Source of the DNA: Antedon mediterranea | Lineage: Eukaryota; Animalia; Echinodermata | DNA: 64,000 nucleotides | NCBI RefSeq assembly: GCF_964355755.1 | Contig: NC_092680.1 | Span: 14,269,045 to 14,333,044 of the forward strand | Reading direction: 5' to 3' | Shown: one piece after another, positions 1-12,499 of the stretch | Layout of the letters: each line of letters opens with the position of its first letter | How positions within the stretch are numbered: position 1 is the stretch's first letter | Program-made: the position numbers and the translations under genes | The notes under the pieces: generated by a model | The model's database searches: none | What the model saw: the letters and a program-made list of their open reading frames with translations, nothing else | Told to the model about the DNA's origin: nothing

Positions 1-590
1 GCGCCAGTGGAGCACAGTGATATAAAATGGAAAAAAGTCACTGAATTTTAATATCTTTTCGTATGTTAATACATTGTGCTCAAGTGGACCCAATTTGGAG
101 GCAGGGGAGCACAGTGATATAAAATGGAAATAAGTCACTGAATGTTAATATCTTTTCGTATGTTAATACACTGTGCTCAAGTGGACCCAATTTGGAGCCA
201 GTGGAGCACAGTGATATAAAATGGAAATAAAGTCACTGAATTTTAATATCTTTTTGTATGTTAATACACTGTGCTCAAGTGGACCCAATTTGGAGCCAGG
301 GGAGCACAGTGATATAAAATAGAAATAAGTCACTGAATTTTAATACACTGTGCTCAAGTGGACCTAATTTGGCGCCAGTGGAGCACAGTGATATAAAATG
401 GAAAATAAGTCACTGAATTTTAATATCTTTTCGTATGTTAATACACTGTGCTCACGTGGACCCAATTTGGCACGCGCGCCAGTGAGAACAGTGATATAAA
501 ATAGAAAAAAGTCACTAAATTATAATATCTTTTCGTATGTTAATACACTGTGCTCAAGTGGACCCAATTTGGCACCAATGGGAGCACAGG
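1..590. repeat. Tandem array, ~119-bp unit, ~5 copies visible, starts before the window
   Basis: The unit GGAGCACAGTGATATAAAATGGAAA..GTCACTGAATTTTAATATCTTTTCGTATGTTAATACACTGTGCTCAAGTGGACCCAATTTGG is repeated. One unit plus its flank recurs inverted at ~6115-6335. Confidence 0.9.
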
Positions 591-1178
591 GAAATAGTCA
601 CATACAAAAACATCGAGAAAAAATACTTCTGGATTTCAAAAATATTTCAAACTTGGTATATATGTTCAATATCGGTTACTCCATCCGTAAAGCAAAAGAA
701 AAATTAGTTTCAAACCATATCAGTGATATTAGTAATTTTCGTTAGTTTAAAATGTATATTTATTTATTTATTTATTCCACATTTATTTAGTCATCAATTA
801 CAGTACATCATAATTACAGTAGCCTACAACTGAAAACAGGGATCCTGCATAAAAAAGCTGTAGCTTCATTTTTTTGTAGGACCCTTTTACATAAGAACAA
901 GTATAGGCCTATAGAACTTAAATAAACAAAGGTGTTGTTAATCAGCATATAGTGATAAAAAGTATTTTTTGACCTGTTTTTTTATACATTTATTTTGTTT
1001 CTTTAAGATAACCGGTTTATTACCACCATTACAAGTGAATTCTTTCCAGAATTTTGGTCCATAGGCCTATATGTGTTTAAACTGTTGACTGCAAGTTAGT
1101 CTTGTGAAGGGAATTTCGAATTCAGTTTCTGTTCTGAGGTTATGAGTAGGCCTAATACTGTCACAGTAATTAAAAATA

Positions 1179-1790
1179 CAGTCGACTCCGCCTAAGTCGA
1201 ATTCGCGCAAGTCAAAAAATCGCGAAAGTCGAATTTTTTGGAAAGTCCCAATTCTTTCCTATACATTACTGTGTAATTTTTATTTGTAAGTCGGATTTTT
1301 CTAAGTCGAGATTCGTCCAAGTCGACGTCTTTTTGCGGTCCGAATACACACATTCTTTAGTGATTTATATCGTATAAGTCGAAGTCACAAATTACGCGGC
1401 AACAACGTGCTAAAAAAGCCGATGAAACGTACGTAATTCGATAAACAAACAACAGAGGGGATAATGTGGGACCATATCGGTTCTCTCAAGCAGGTTGTAT
1501 AGTATAGGCGGCGTCCTACAACTCGCGCTAGTGTATAGTGTATGAGTTGCTTAAGCGTTGAGAACTTGAGCGGCGTTTTGTGGGTACCTATTTTGTGCTA
1601 GACAGATGGCAATAAACCGGGCAATAAACAATGGATACCGATTTCGAATAAGAACCGAAATGTATTTATTATACGTTTTTGTATTGTTTTGGGCTTAAAC
1701 CATAAAAGAAAATACAGTTTATCATTGCCGATAAAGAGGCTTAGCATTTATTAGGCCTAGCTAGCTAGCTAAGCAAACTCAATTCAAGAA
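1179..1790. mobile_element. Truncated Tc1/pogo-type MITE inserted in the LINE
   Basis: Begins TA|CAGTCGACTCCGCCTAAGTCGA with repeated AAGTCGA subterminal motifs. No matching right TIR was found. It replaces part of the LINE C-terminus. Confidence 0.55.
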
Positions 1791-2107
1791 GGCTCATTAC
1801 AGCTCTCCTTTGGAGTTTTAGTATTACTTCTAACGTGCTCTTGTATGTATTTCCCCATATTAAGTTACCATACTGAAGGTGAGGTAATACTAAGGTGTTA
1901 TAAAGACTAATACGGACCTTATGAGGAAAGAATTCTCTTACTTTTAAAAGTATACCAATTGCCCTAGACATTTTTTTCCTAATAAGCTGTATGTGATGTT
2001 TCCAGTTAAGATTTTCGTTTAAAATTACATCTAGAAATGTCACATTTTCTTTTCTATGTAATAACACATTATTCATTTTTATTTTAAACTGGTTTTTGTC
2101 AAAGTAC

Positions 2108-3482
2108 TGTAATGATTTTGGGGTAGAAGGAACAGATAGAGGGCGGCAGATGGAGGCAGAGTTAGGCAGGAGGAGAAGCAGAGAACGGACGTGAGAAAAA
2201 GGGCAGAGAGGGATTGGAGAAGGAAGGCAATGGAGGGTTACCTCGAGCTGCGTTAAAAAGGAGGGAGAGATTGGAGCTGGAAAACCGGAGAAGCAGGGAG
2301 AATACGTGTAAAATAAGTAGGGACATTAGAGCAATTGGAAAACAAAGTGTAGAGAAGATTAGAGAAAAGAAAGAGAAAATTAGAGCTGAATAATAAAAGG
2401 AGAGTTAAGACTCAGCAAGTAAAGTTAGCCGGAGGGTACAGCCTACCGCTTGTGCTGCTGTTGGAGACATAGTGAGCCGGAGGTTGCGCCTACTGTACTG
2501 GTTGTATCACTATTTGAGACATAGTGAGCCGGAGGTTGCGCCTACTGTACTGGTTGTATCACTATTTGAGACATAGTGAGCCGGAGGTTGCGCCTACTGT
2601 ACTGGTTGTATCACTATTTGAGATAGCTGAGCCGGAGGTTGCACCTACTGGTTGTGTTACTGCTTGAGATACAGTTAGCCCGTGGTACACCCTGTGGTTG
2701 TGATACTGCTTTGCTGGTGGGTACACCTATTAGCCAGTGGTTAAGACTACTGGTGGTTACCCTGTTAGCCGGTACGTGGTTACGCCACTGTTGGTGGCTA
2801 CGTTGCTGTTAGAGGTTACACCATTGTGTTGGTATACATGCTGTTGGAGGTTACACCACTGTTGGTGGTTACGTTGCTGTGGAGGTTACGCCATTGTTGG
2901 TGGTTACGTTGCTGTGGAGGTTAAACCACTGTTGGAGGTTACACCATTGTTGGTGGTTATGTTGCTGTGGAGGTTACACCACTGTTGGAGGTTACACCAT
3001 TGTTGGTGGTTACGTTGCTGTGGAGGTTACACCACTGTTGGAGGTTACACCGTTGTTGGTGGTTACGTTGCTGTTGGAGGTTACACCATTGTGTTTGTGT
3101 ACGTTGCTGTGGAGGTTACACCATTGTTGGTGGTTACGTGCTGTGGAGGTTACACCATTGTTGGTGGTTACGTGCTGTGGAGGTTACACCATTGTTGGTG
3201 GTTACGCTACTATTGGAGGTTACGTCATTATTGGTGGTTACGCTACTATTGGAGGTTACGTCATTACTGGTGGTTACGCTGTTGTTTCAAGTTCGGCGTA
3301 ATAGCAGAACTAATCTAATTAATTATTATAATCGGTTGTTACCAATAATTTGGAATCGGAGAAGAATAAAGGAGGTCACTCCAAAAATTTTAATTGATTT
3401 GTTTGTTTCATTCGTGTGTGCCGCAGTACCGCAGACCCCTCCCCCCAAAAGAGAACGAACCCGAGAGCGGATTTTCGTTACA
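2108..3482. mobile_element. Solo LTR (Ty3/Gypsy-like) with internal minisatellites
   Basis: Termini TGTAATGA...TCGTTACA. 4-bp TSD GTAC at 2104-2107 and 3483-3486. Removing it restores the LINE frame RTNQKY-FDKNQFKIKM. AATAAA at ~3365. Confidence 0.85.
2465..3285. repeat. Minisatellites inside the solo LTR (52-bp units, then 21/39-bp units)
   Basis: GAGACATAGTGAGCCGGAGGTTGCGCCTACTGTACTGGTTGTATCACTATTT x3+, followed by GGAGGTTACACCATTGTTGGTGGTTACGTTGCTGT variants. Confidence 0.9.
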
Positions 3483-5964
3483 GTACTTTTGGTTAGTTCT
3501 AAAAACAACGTAATTAGTTTTGCTGACATTCAGTAACAGCTTATTTACTTTAAGCCATACGTTTATTTTTTCTAGTTCAATATTCATAGTATGGTTTAAC
3601 ATTGTAGGGTCATCTCCCCTTGTTATACAAGTTGTGTCGTCAGCAAAACTAATTATATCTATTTTACTACTTGCTCGACATTGATGTAAATCAAAAACAA
3701 AAGTGGTCCTAAAACAGAGCCCTGTGGCACTCCTATATTGGTGTCTTTTAAACATGATGATCTACCATTGGCATACACATATTGTTTGCGGCCACTTAAA
3801 TAGTTTCTAAACCACATTAAAACGATGCCTATTATACCATAATGCACCAATTTGCTCAACAGAATACTGTGATCGATAATGTCAAACGCTTTTGACAAAT
3901 CCATAAAGGTAGTAAGTGCATATTCCTTTTTTTCAAATGCATTTAATATTCTATGGACCAAGTCGATCATAGCATGAGAAGTTGAGTGTTTGTTTCTAAA
4001 TCCATATTGATTGTTGCTTAACACTTTACATTTTGTAAGATAATTGTATAATTGATTATGGATAATCTTTTCAAAAACTTTCGAAAAAATGGGCAACAGC
4101 GATATGGGACGATAGTTTGAGGCCAAATGGCGGTCCCCTTTTTTATGTATAGGAACTACTTTGGAAATTTTCAACTTCCCTGGTATCATTCCAGTTTGAA
4201 GTGATAAATTAAAAATATATGTCAGCGGCTTTAAAATGTTGTATTTTACTTCCTTTACAACTTTTGCTGAAATGTCATCAAATCCGGTGGCTTTGTTTGA
4301 ATCGAGAGATTCAATAACTTTTAGTACCTCCTCCTCATCAACATAGCAAAAAAACATTGAGTTGCGTTGTTTGTTTGCGATGTATTCAGAATATTTTGTC
4401 GTAGTAGACTCAATATTGTCTCGAACCTTACAACCTACATTAATAAAATAATCATTAATGTGATTTACAACATTTTCGCAACCATGTATAGTTTCATTGC
4501 TATGTGTAAAAGAAGATGGAACTTTAGTTTTTCCTTTGTTCGGATCAATTACATCATTTATAACATTCCATGTTTTTTTAATATTACCATTTGTTCGATT
4601 GAAAAGATTTTCATAATACATCTTTTTGGCGATTTTGCACGTGCGTGCAAAAGCTTTTTTAAATTCTTTATACGCATTTTTGTTTTTTACAGTAGGGTGT
4701 TTTATGAACCTTTTATACAGTACATGCTTTTTTTTACTAGACCTTAGTAACCCAAAACTCATCCAGGGCTGCTTGAATTTGTCATACTGTTTTGATGATT
4801 TTACAGTTTTTTTAAGGTGTTTGTTATATAGAAACTTAAAATTATCCAGAAAATCATTATAAGCGATTTCTGGATCAGTCGCTTCATATACTCAAAGCCA
4901 CTCTGCACTTAATAAATCACTATTTAGTTTCATAATATTTCTATTGTTAACTATATACGTGTCACATGAGACGGAAATGCCTTTATTCATGTGCGTGTTT
5001 ACGTGGGAAGACGAAGCAGAGTGTGTTATTTGATATACTGGTAAATGGTCGGAAATGTCCGAGATTAGTATACCAGATAGAACTTTTTCGGAAATTGTAT
5101 TTGAAAATATGTTGTCAATTAGTGTTACTGACTGATCTTGTATTCTAGTTGGTCTAGATATAGATGGATAAAACGAGTGAGACATCATTATTTCAATAAA
5201 ATCATTTACATCACTGCATGTTACATGTTTAAGCAGATTGATATTAAAATCTCCCATGATATAACATGGTTTACCTTCTTTGTCTATAGCAGTGAGGACA
5301 TCTTCAAGTGAATCATTAAAAACATCTATTTTCATGTCTGGTGGTCTGTAGACAGTACCAACAATTGCATTTTTACACTTTTTTTCAATTATCTCAATAA
5401 ACAGACATTCAAAGAAATTAATTTTCAAATCGGTTCTTGTTTTGACCTCTATAGTATTTGAAATAAACAAGCCAACACCACCTCCTTTTCGATTTTCCCT
5501 GTCTAGAGCATGGAAATCGTAGTTTGGTAAGTATGGTCTAGGTGATGTTTCTTTAAGACATGTTTCTGATATGCCAATTACAGTGAATGGGTGTTTAATG
5601 CCGTTTAAACAAGTAATTAATTCATCTAAGTGTTTAATACTTCTGATATTATAGTGTAAAAATGAGTAGCTGATATTATTTATTTTATTAACCGATAGAA
5701 CATAGAATTCCAACACATTTTTTAAACTTTAAATTTTGATCGCCATAAAATAATTGTCCTACACATTTGAAATTTGGTAGGGCCATAATGAACAAATCTT
5801 TTCATCATATTTAGTATAACATCATGCTAAAATGACTTGAAAACTAGGCCTAGGCAGAAGCAGGTTGCCGTTACGTTAGTAGGCCTAGCCTACTCAGGCC
5901 TAGAAAACGAGGTGACGATATAGCCTAGGCCTAGGCTATGTACAATCTGTGTGGTGAGGCATTT

Positions 5965-6048
5965 ATGTTCGGTGTATAAGACGCACCCTTAATTTAGAGG
6001 TCAAATTTGTGTGTCAAAAGTGCGACTTATACACCGAAATATACGGTA
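5965..6048. mobile_element. Pogo/Tigger-like MITE end fragment
   Basis: TGTATAAGACGCACC...GTGCGACTTATACACCGAAATATACGG|TA resembles a pogo-type terminus. Confidence 0.5.
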
Positions 6049-6114
6049 TGTCTTTTTTTTAATCGCTAAAGTTTTAAAAAATGTGTTGGAATTGTATTTT
6101 CTTTCATAAGTATT

Positions 6115-6335
6115 TATCTTAGACAAACGCAAGTTATAAAATCACTGATGTGGCTTGAAACTAATTTTTCTTTTGCATTACGGATGGAGTAACTGATATT
6201 GAACTTATATACCAAGTTTGATATATTTTTGAATTCGATAAATATTTTTTCCAGAAGTTTTTGTATGTGACTATTTCCCTGTGCTCCACTGGCGCCAAAT
6301 TTGATCCACTGGAGCACAGTGTATTAACATACGAA
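6115..6335 (-). repeat. Inverted copy of the 119-bp repeat unit and its flank (matches ~530-745)
   Basis: Reverse-complement match, e.g. TGTATGTGACTATTTCCCTGTGCTCC versus GGAGCACAGGGAAATAGTCACATACA. Confidence 0.85.
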
Positions 6336-7823
6336 CATTTCTTTTGTAAAAAAAAATACTCCTCGATTTCAATATTATTTTCTTGGTATATTTTTAATTT
6401 GTTTCCGCGACCTTCCGTACCATTGTGTGTAAACATTATTGAACATTTTTGTAGTTTTTAACATTTTTTAAATTTGTAACAATTTTTAAAACTTTTACAT
6501 TTTTATACTGCAGGCCTTTATCAATATTCTGATGTTTTCAGTTTAACTTGTTTTTTAACATTTTGAATATATATTTATTGTTTTTATATTAAGTGATGTT
6601 TTTGTTTTGCAATAAAGTTCTATTCGTATTCGTATTCTCTTTGTAGGCTTCTTTGTATCTTGGGTCTAATCAACTACAGAGCGAGAAACCTTACCAAATT
6701 TAAATAACAATTATGTTGGCTGCAGTGATGAGCTTTCTCAATAATTGCCCACAAAGTAATTACGTAACACATCATTGTAATGCTTGGACCTCATGTAATC
6801 ATGTCACGTGTTTTGTCCAATTAGGCTCGACTTTTTAGTTCAATATTTAGGGATACTAAAATACAAATTATCTGTAAAAAGGAATAAGGACCACTTCTTT
6901 TTCTTCTGTCACGTTGGTACCCCAACCCTCCCCTGCTGGTGCGTTCCCGTTCTGTACTGAGTTTAAGAGTAGTAAATATTATATTATGCGCAAATGCTCT
7001 ACATTATCACAATTATTAGGCGTTTAGTAAGTACATATACTTACTTACAGAACAAAAAAATCGATATATTGGTGATGTCACAAATACTTATTAAAATCTC
7101 GAGTTCTTTGTATCTTCAATATGCGCAATATTATATAGCACACCCTCTGTTGCTCGCTCTTTATTTCCAAGTACAGTATTTCGCTCAGTTAATTCTATAC
7201 TTTATTTTAGTTAGATTAAACAATAGGACTTGATTGACAGTTGGCTTTGAGAAATAAATGACTGAAATGTTTCACACTTTTCGTTAGAAACAAAGACACT
7301 GGTGAATAGGCTTGTATTCAATTAGTACTAATTACTGACATGGTTGCCAACTAAACAACCAACCAATGTCTAATTATAAATATAATGAACTCATTTCTAG
7401 CAAAAACCAACATAAAGTCAACATCAACATCAAGAACGGCTTTAGAAGGCATCCTCTTAATTCGTCAGTAGACAGTTCAAATGTCGTGCTGCCTATATCG
7501 CACACACGGTAGTTTTCGAGCAGCCTTCCTATCCGAAGAGTCTATTTAAGTCCGAAACAAAAGGATGGAAGAACTATTGTACGGAAAACCCGAACAGATC
7601 TGTTTTGTACGATATGATACTGTGTAAGGTGATATGTATTAAATTGCAAGATTAAACAAATATTTTATTTTTGTTCTGTGGTATATTATTTTTTTTGGTT
7701 GTTCAAAAAACACAAAATTATGCCAGATTATGCTAAAAACAGCTAAATAATGCCGCGGCATTATGCCAGATGCCGTGGGCCTCTAAATAATGCCAAAAAG
7801 CATAATAATGCCAGAAATGGCAA

Positions 7824-8987
7824 CTATGGTCTCAGTGCCCGACTAAAAATAAAGTTGTTTTTGGCTGCGGGTTCCTGTCCGCTGGATGTTGGTTGATTTT
7901 GGCCACATGTTTTCATTCCTGTGTGTTTTCTAATAGGGACATGTTTCATAGCTTCTTTCCAATCATTTGTTTCTTTCATTGCTGATAATATCTTAATTAC
8001 TTGATCTAAAGTCAGATTCTTATTCCCACCACTTCCCCACTTTAAGTAGTAATCAATTGGTAATCGTACATGAGAAACATTTAATCTTTTTGCAATACCT
8101 AAAGTCAATCCTTTTTGTATTTGAGTTGCATCAACTAAAGCACCAATAACGTACGTCTTAGTGTCATCAAATGTGCGCATTATGTTTGGTGAATCTGGCG
8201 ACAGATAAATAATGTCCTCTTTTGGAAATTTTTCCAGTAAAGATTGTGAACTCATTGTCACCATCATCTTATTGTATGCGTCCTTTGTTGTTGTACGCAC
8301 CAATTCTTTATGCGATAGTGAACCCTCTAGGTGGTTAACAAAATGTATGTGAAAAGACTCCTTAGCTTTCTTATTTGCATGTATTACATAACTCATTTGC
8401 ATACATAGCCTGATAGCTTCTCTTCGTTGCATATACTGGTCATAGCAAAAATCGAACACAACATTCTGACCAAATTTCATTCCTTGAGACAGTTTCCAAT
8501 TATTAAACTCCAAAATACGTTTAGGATTCAATTTGAGAAACAACGTATTTGCTAATGGTGTTTCATACTCCTTACTTTCTTCGGATTCTATTTTTCTTTG
8601 TTCCCGTTTTTCAAGACGCTTTTCCTTATTCTTCAGTTTCAAACACTCTCTACGATACATGAAAGTCATAAACTTTTCCCTTTGCTTTTTAGATTTGATA
8701 GAAGCAAAATGTTCTAAATCTGCATCACTGATTTGTTGTGGGACTTGTCTGCCTGAAAGCTTCATTTCTTCTATTAACTCTCTTGCCTCTTCAAGTCCTC
8801 TATCATTAGACGTTTCTTTACTAGATTCATTTGTAATAGAACAGTAATATCTTGATTGATCGATAAGTTTGTTTTTAAATTGGCTCACTGATATCCATAA
8901 CGTACTTGTTTTATTCTTCACTGATACAGGAACGCTGTTTTTACACACTGATGGTAAGCTTCTTACCAATTTCAAAAGGTGATACAT
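7824..8987 (-). CDS. TRMT10C: tRNA methyltransferase 10 homolog C / mitochondrial RNase P protein 1, single coding exon
   Basis: SPOUT Trm10 motifs (VVFDFCYDQYM, IIYLSPDSP, YVIGALVD, RLPIDYYLKW, NLTLDQVIKIL, W..A..HVP.RK). N-terminus is basic and Ser-rich, like a mitochondrial presequence. Likely ATG at 8987, just after a CAG acceptor at 8994-8996; the ORF-track start at 9056 would be intronic. Confidence 0.92.
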   Translation of the reverse strand: MYHLLKLVRSLPSVCKNSVPVSVKNKTSTLWISVSQFKNKLIDQSRYYCSITNESSKETSNDRGLEEARELIEEMKLSGRQVPQQISDADLEHFASIKSKKQREKFMTFMYRRECLKLKNKEKRLEKREQRKIESEESKEYETPLANTLFLKLNPKRILEFNNWKLSQGMKFGQNVVFDFCYDQYMQRREAIRLCMQMSYVIHANKKAKESFHIHFVNHLEGSLSHKELVRTTTKDAYNKMMVTMSSQSLLEKFPKEDIIYLSPDSPNIMRTFDDTKTYVIGALVDATQIQKGLTLGIAKRLNVSHVRLPIDYYLKWGSGGNKNLTLDQVIKILSAMKETNDWKEAMKHVPIRKHTGMKTCGQNQPTSSGQEPAAKNNFIFSRALRP

Positions 8988-9779
8988 TTCTATCTGTGAA
9001 TTTAACGCAAAAATAATTATTGAATAACCATGGTAACCAATCAATGGCAATTCCAACTTTCATTATGCACAGACAGTTTAGTCATGAAAAGGGCAATTTC
9101 TTAATAAAACTAAGCCTAGGTACACTAAGCTATCGCCCCGTAGAATTTTATGATATAAAATTTTATCAAGTATATGCTAAAATTATATACATTTTTGATA
9201 TGAAAAAACGTCGGTTTATTCAGAAACTGTAGACCGCCCTCTGTGATAAGTGATGTTTTGTGGCGTTGAACATATTGCGGAAGTTTAAACCGATTTTAAT
9301 TTGTTTCTGGAAAGAAATATAGGCTATGTATATAACACTTAACATGTAATAGCTATATAGAAGACGCTGATCTCGTAAATTAAAGTGATCTTTGTGAATA
9401 TTTCAGCTAGGCCTATTAAGCCTACGCTGTTGGATAACGTAGCAACCGGTAACCAAGGACGCTCTGCCCCCGGACGCTCCGGTCAATCACCCCAACCAGG
9501 CTCCAGTGTCTTGACATTGTCTTGACATTGTAATCATCACTACTCTAATCTACCTGGTGGATTGAGTTATACGGAAAGCAAGTTAAGTATCCATAACTTA
9601 TTACGATTGAAACTATATTATTGTTGAAAACGGTATATTACCGAAGATTGTTGGTACTATAAATAAATCGGACAACAATAGGCCAACATAACATTTACAG
9701 TAGGCCTAGGCCTATATACTACATATAGGCATATCGTGTAACCGGAACGCCCAACTAGCCTACCAACCACCAATTCATT

Positions 9780-12110
9780 TTAGTTACGCTTTTGGCGGCA
9801 TTTTTTAATTGAACGATCGTAGCTTGCTGCATTGTTATCCAAATTTTGTTTTTTTTTACTGTTGCCTATTACCGGAAGACGCTCACTGCTGAGGGTGAGG
9901 AATATCGCTCAGTTCATTGAACCCAGTACGGTACGGTAATAGGAATCTTGACTATTTTAGATAGATAATACAATTTCAAGATGCCTCTACAAACCAGAGC
10001 CCAAATACATGCGACGCCACCACCAAAGTTAACACCCATGACTGACCAATCATCATCACCAACCAACAAACAAAACGAAAACTCAACACCCATACTAACA
10101 AAAATATGCGCTGAACACCCACCAGCAGATGCAGAAGATACCTTGTCAGATGATGACGAGTTGACCCAGTTTAATAATGACAACAACACATCCTTCCATG
10201 AGGATTGTAAACTAGCCATAAATAGTCTAGAAAAACTGTTCATAGACATGTTGGCAAATACCGTGAAAGAAAACTGCGAGTTAAAAGTTAAAATAACCAA
10301 CGATGAAAACAGCCGTCTCTTAATAGAAAATAACAAACTGAAAAGCGAGATAAAAACCTTAAAAGAGAAAATAAAGTCAAAGACAGCAAATGACACAAAG
10401 AAAGAAGAAACAGCAAAGATAAAACAAGACCTTGACAGAACAAACGAACGACTAAAACAACTTGAGAAAGATAATAAATCTATTACTCATGAACTAAAGT
10501 CACTAAAACAACGCGATGAAATACTGACAGCAAAAGAAAAACAACTAGCACTACTACATGAACAAATCAACAAATTACAAAAAAACCTGTCTGCCGCCAA
10601 TGATGAGGCATATGAAGCTAGGCGCACCTAAGTGGCAGTAGATACAACAAACTTCACTACCGTAAACAGAAATAAGAGCGAACCAAAATCATATGCCAAT
10701 GCTGTCACCAGCAGTAATAATCCTCGCAATCAAATACCGGTTCAGAATGCTCCATCATCCGCAAATCGTTACCCAAAAAACAGAGAAAATGATAGAGATA
10801 GACGCCACCACGCAAAGCCAAACGTTGTGATAATTGGCAACTCGCATCTTGCACGTATTGATCCACAGCGTCTCTTACCATGGGCAAACATACAACTTAT
10901 TCCAGCATACACAATAAAAGACATACACGACAAACTCAAAGCATTAGACACAAACCCTGACTGCATACTCATCCATGAGATAACGAACTCAATAAAAGGA
11001 ACTTCCGCCACAGAGTGCGCAGCGTCGATATACGGCCTACTGAAACAATACGCGAACGCCCATGAAGGAGTGGATTTCATTGTATCGCTTGGACTACCGC
11101 GGGTAGGAGAACTAAACTACAAAATAGATATAGTAAATGCCGAAATCAAACATCGCATGCGCCTCGAAAATCTGAAGAACTTATTCTTCTGCGATAACAG
11201 TAACTTTCTCAGAAATGGAGAAATATTATACCATCTCCTAGCAACTGATGGATATCACCTATCAACGGAAGGAACAAGCCTACTTGCAAGTAACCTTAAG
11301 TGCAAGATAAAGAGCGTGCTAAAGGGACGTACCATTAGAAGACACTAAACGATATCTATTATGTACTTTATTATAATATCATGTTAATGTAAATATTTCC
11401 TTAAATTAAAATTACACTAAATTATATTAAATCATATTAACTAAATCAATGGCAGAAACTAATATTGTATATACGCTTAACCAAAATGATTCCTTTAGTG
11501 TAAGCCCGATGAACGAAATACTGTACTTCCATTCCAAAATCTAAAAGATATTGAATTTTGTAAATTAATAGACAGAAAAATTAAAAACAATGAAAGGCTT
11601 ACACTAAAGAAAATCACAGAAAATGTATGCTTTAACCCAATTTACGAAAATAATAATCAATTTGATAGTCAACAATACTTTATTCAACATAGCTTACAAA
11701 TGAGACTTGATACTGTAAATATTTTGATGTCGAGGAGTTCAATAACGAGTTCCATAAAACACAAAATAAATTAAATAACTTATCCATATTCCACGCACAC
11801 ACACACACACACACACGCACGTAGTATAAATAAACATATTGACGAACTAAAACAGTTCCTCGATTTATTAAACCATACATTTTCAATAATAGGAATTACG
11901 GAAACCTGGTTAAACAAAAATTCTCACCCACCTGCCCTTCAAAATTATAATTTCTTCCATGTGAACAGAATAAATAAAAAAGGAGGTGTAGGCTTTTATG
12001 TTCATGAACACATAAACGTTATTGAAAGAATCGACATCAAAACCCACAATGATATTTGTGAAAGCTTATTTATAGAAATACCAAACAAAAATAAAAATAC
12101 TATTCAATGC
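9780..12110 (+). mobile_element. 5' half of a CR1/L2-clade LINE: ORF1 (coiled coil + SGNH/GDSL esterase) and degenerate ORF2 endonuclease
   Basis: ORF1 at 9981-11348 with one in-frame TAA at 10629-10631; VVIIGNSH (GDS-like) and DGYHLS..G motifs. ORF2 remnant LSIFH..RS, IIGITETWL, GGVGFYV, ESLFIEI, truncated at ~12110. The 5' boundary is approximate. Confidence 0.85.
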
Positions 12111-12499
12111 TACAGTATGTGCGATGTCCTTCTTGTGCGTCCGTCGCCTTGCAAATAGCGCGATGCGTTTGTTCGTAAAACCATATCACATATTAACTCC
12201 ATTATTGGCGAAAACGCGTAAGCTTGTTCATAGATAAAGTCATGTTTTTTGATAACATAACGATTAAAATCGAAATCTTTTTTTGGAATCTGTAAATTCA
12301 AGGTGTTATCACGATTTTGTATGATTTTGGTCGGATTTTGTGCACACTACCATTTCGTAGGGTCTTCACTTTCGAGGTCTTCGGTCTTCGATCTTTGCTT
12401 TCGAGGTCATACACGTACGTTCCATGTTTAATTTAAGTGTTCAAATTGCGCAAGAATATCAATTGCGTTATTTTGTGCACTTGCAAACTATTTTAACGT

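Larger units (their letters stand above)
760..5750 (-). mobile_element. Decayed CR1/L2-clade LINE (ORF2: APE endonuclease + reverse transcriptase + 3' UTR), interrupted by two insertions
   Basis: APE motifs at 4892-5716 (HYNIRS, IGISET, GGGVGLFI, GDFNI, SDHLPV). In-frame stop at 4892. RT motifs at 3483-4762 (NYRPISLL, QYGFR, DLSKAFD, GVPQGSVLGPLLF, frameshift, FADDTT). C-terminal pieces at 1790-2107 and ~1000-1170. Stem-loop and (AATA)n-type tail at ~760-890. Confidence 0.93.

Noticed and set aside
1-590. CRISPR-like appearance of the regular repeats here and at 48086-50022
   Set aside because: Units are contiguous with no unique spacers, there are no cas genes, and the context is eukaryotic.
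2737-3536. Three overlapping plus-strand ORFs of 140-193 aa
   Set aside because: They are translations of stop-free minisatellite units inside the solo LTR.
4892-4894. In-frame TGA in LINE ORF2 (and TAA in ORF1 at 10629) as programmed readthrough or selenocysteine
   Set aside because: Both elements carry other disabling lesions, so simple nonsense mutation is the more economical explanation.
6161-6436. 91-aa minus-strand ORF
   Set aside because: It is a chimera of a short CR1-like C-terminal scrap (GRGNKLKIYQ..YFF) and the inverted satellite flank.
8988-9056. 23-aa N-terminal extension of TRMT10C in the ORF track
   Set aside because: It lies across a CAG acceptor at 8994-8996 and starts at a non-ATG codon; the ATG at 8987 gives a plausible mitochondrial presequence.
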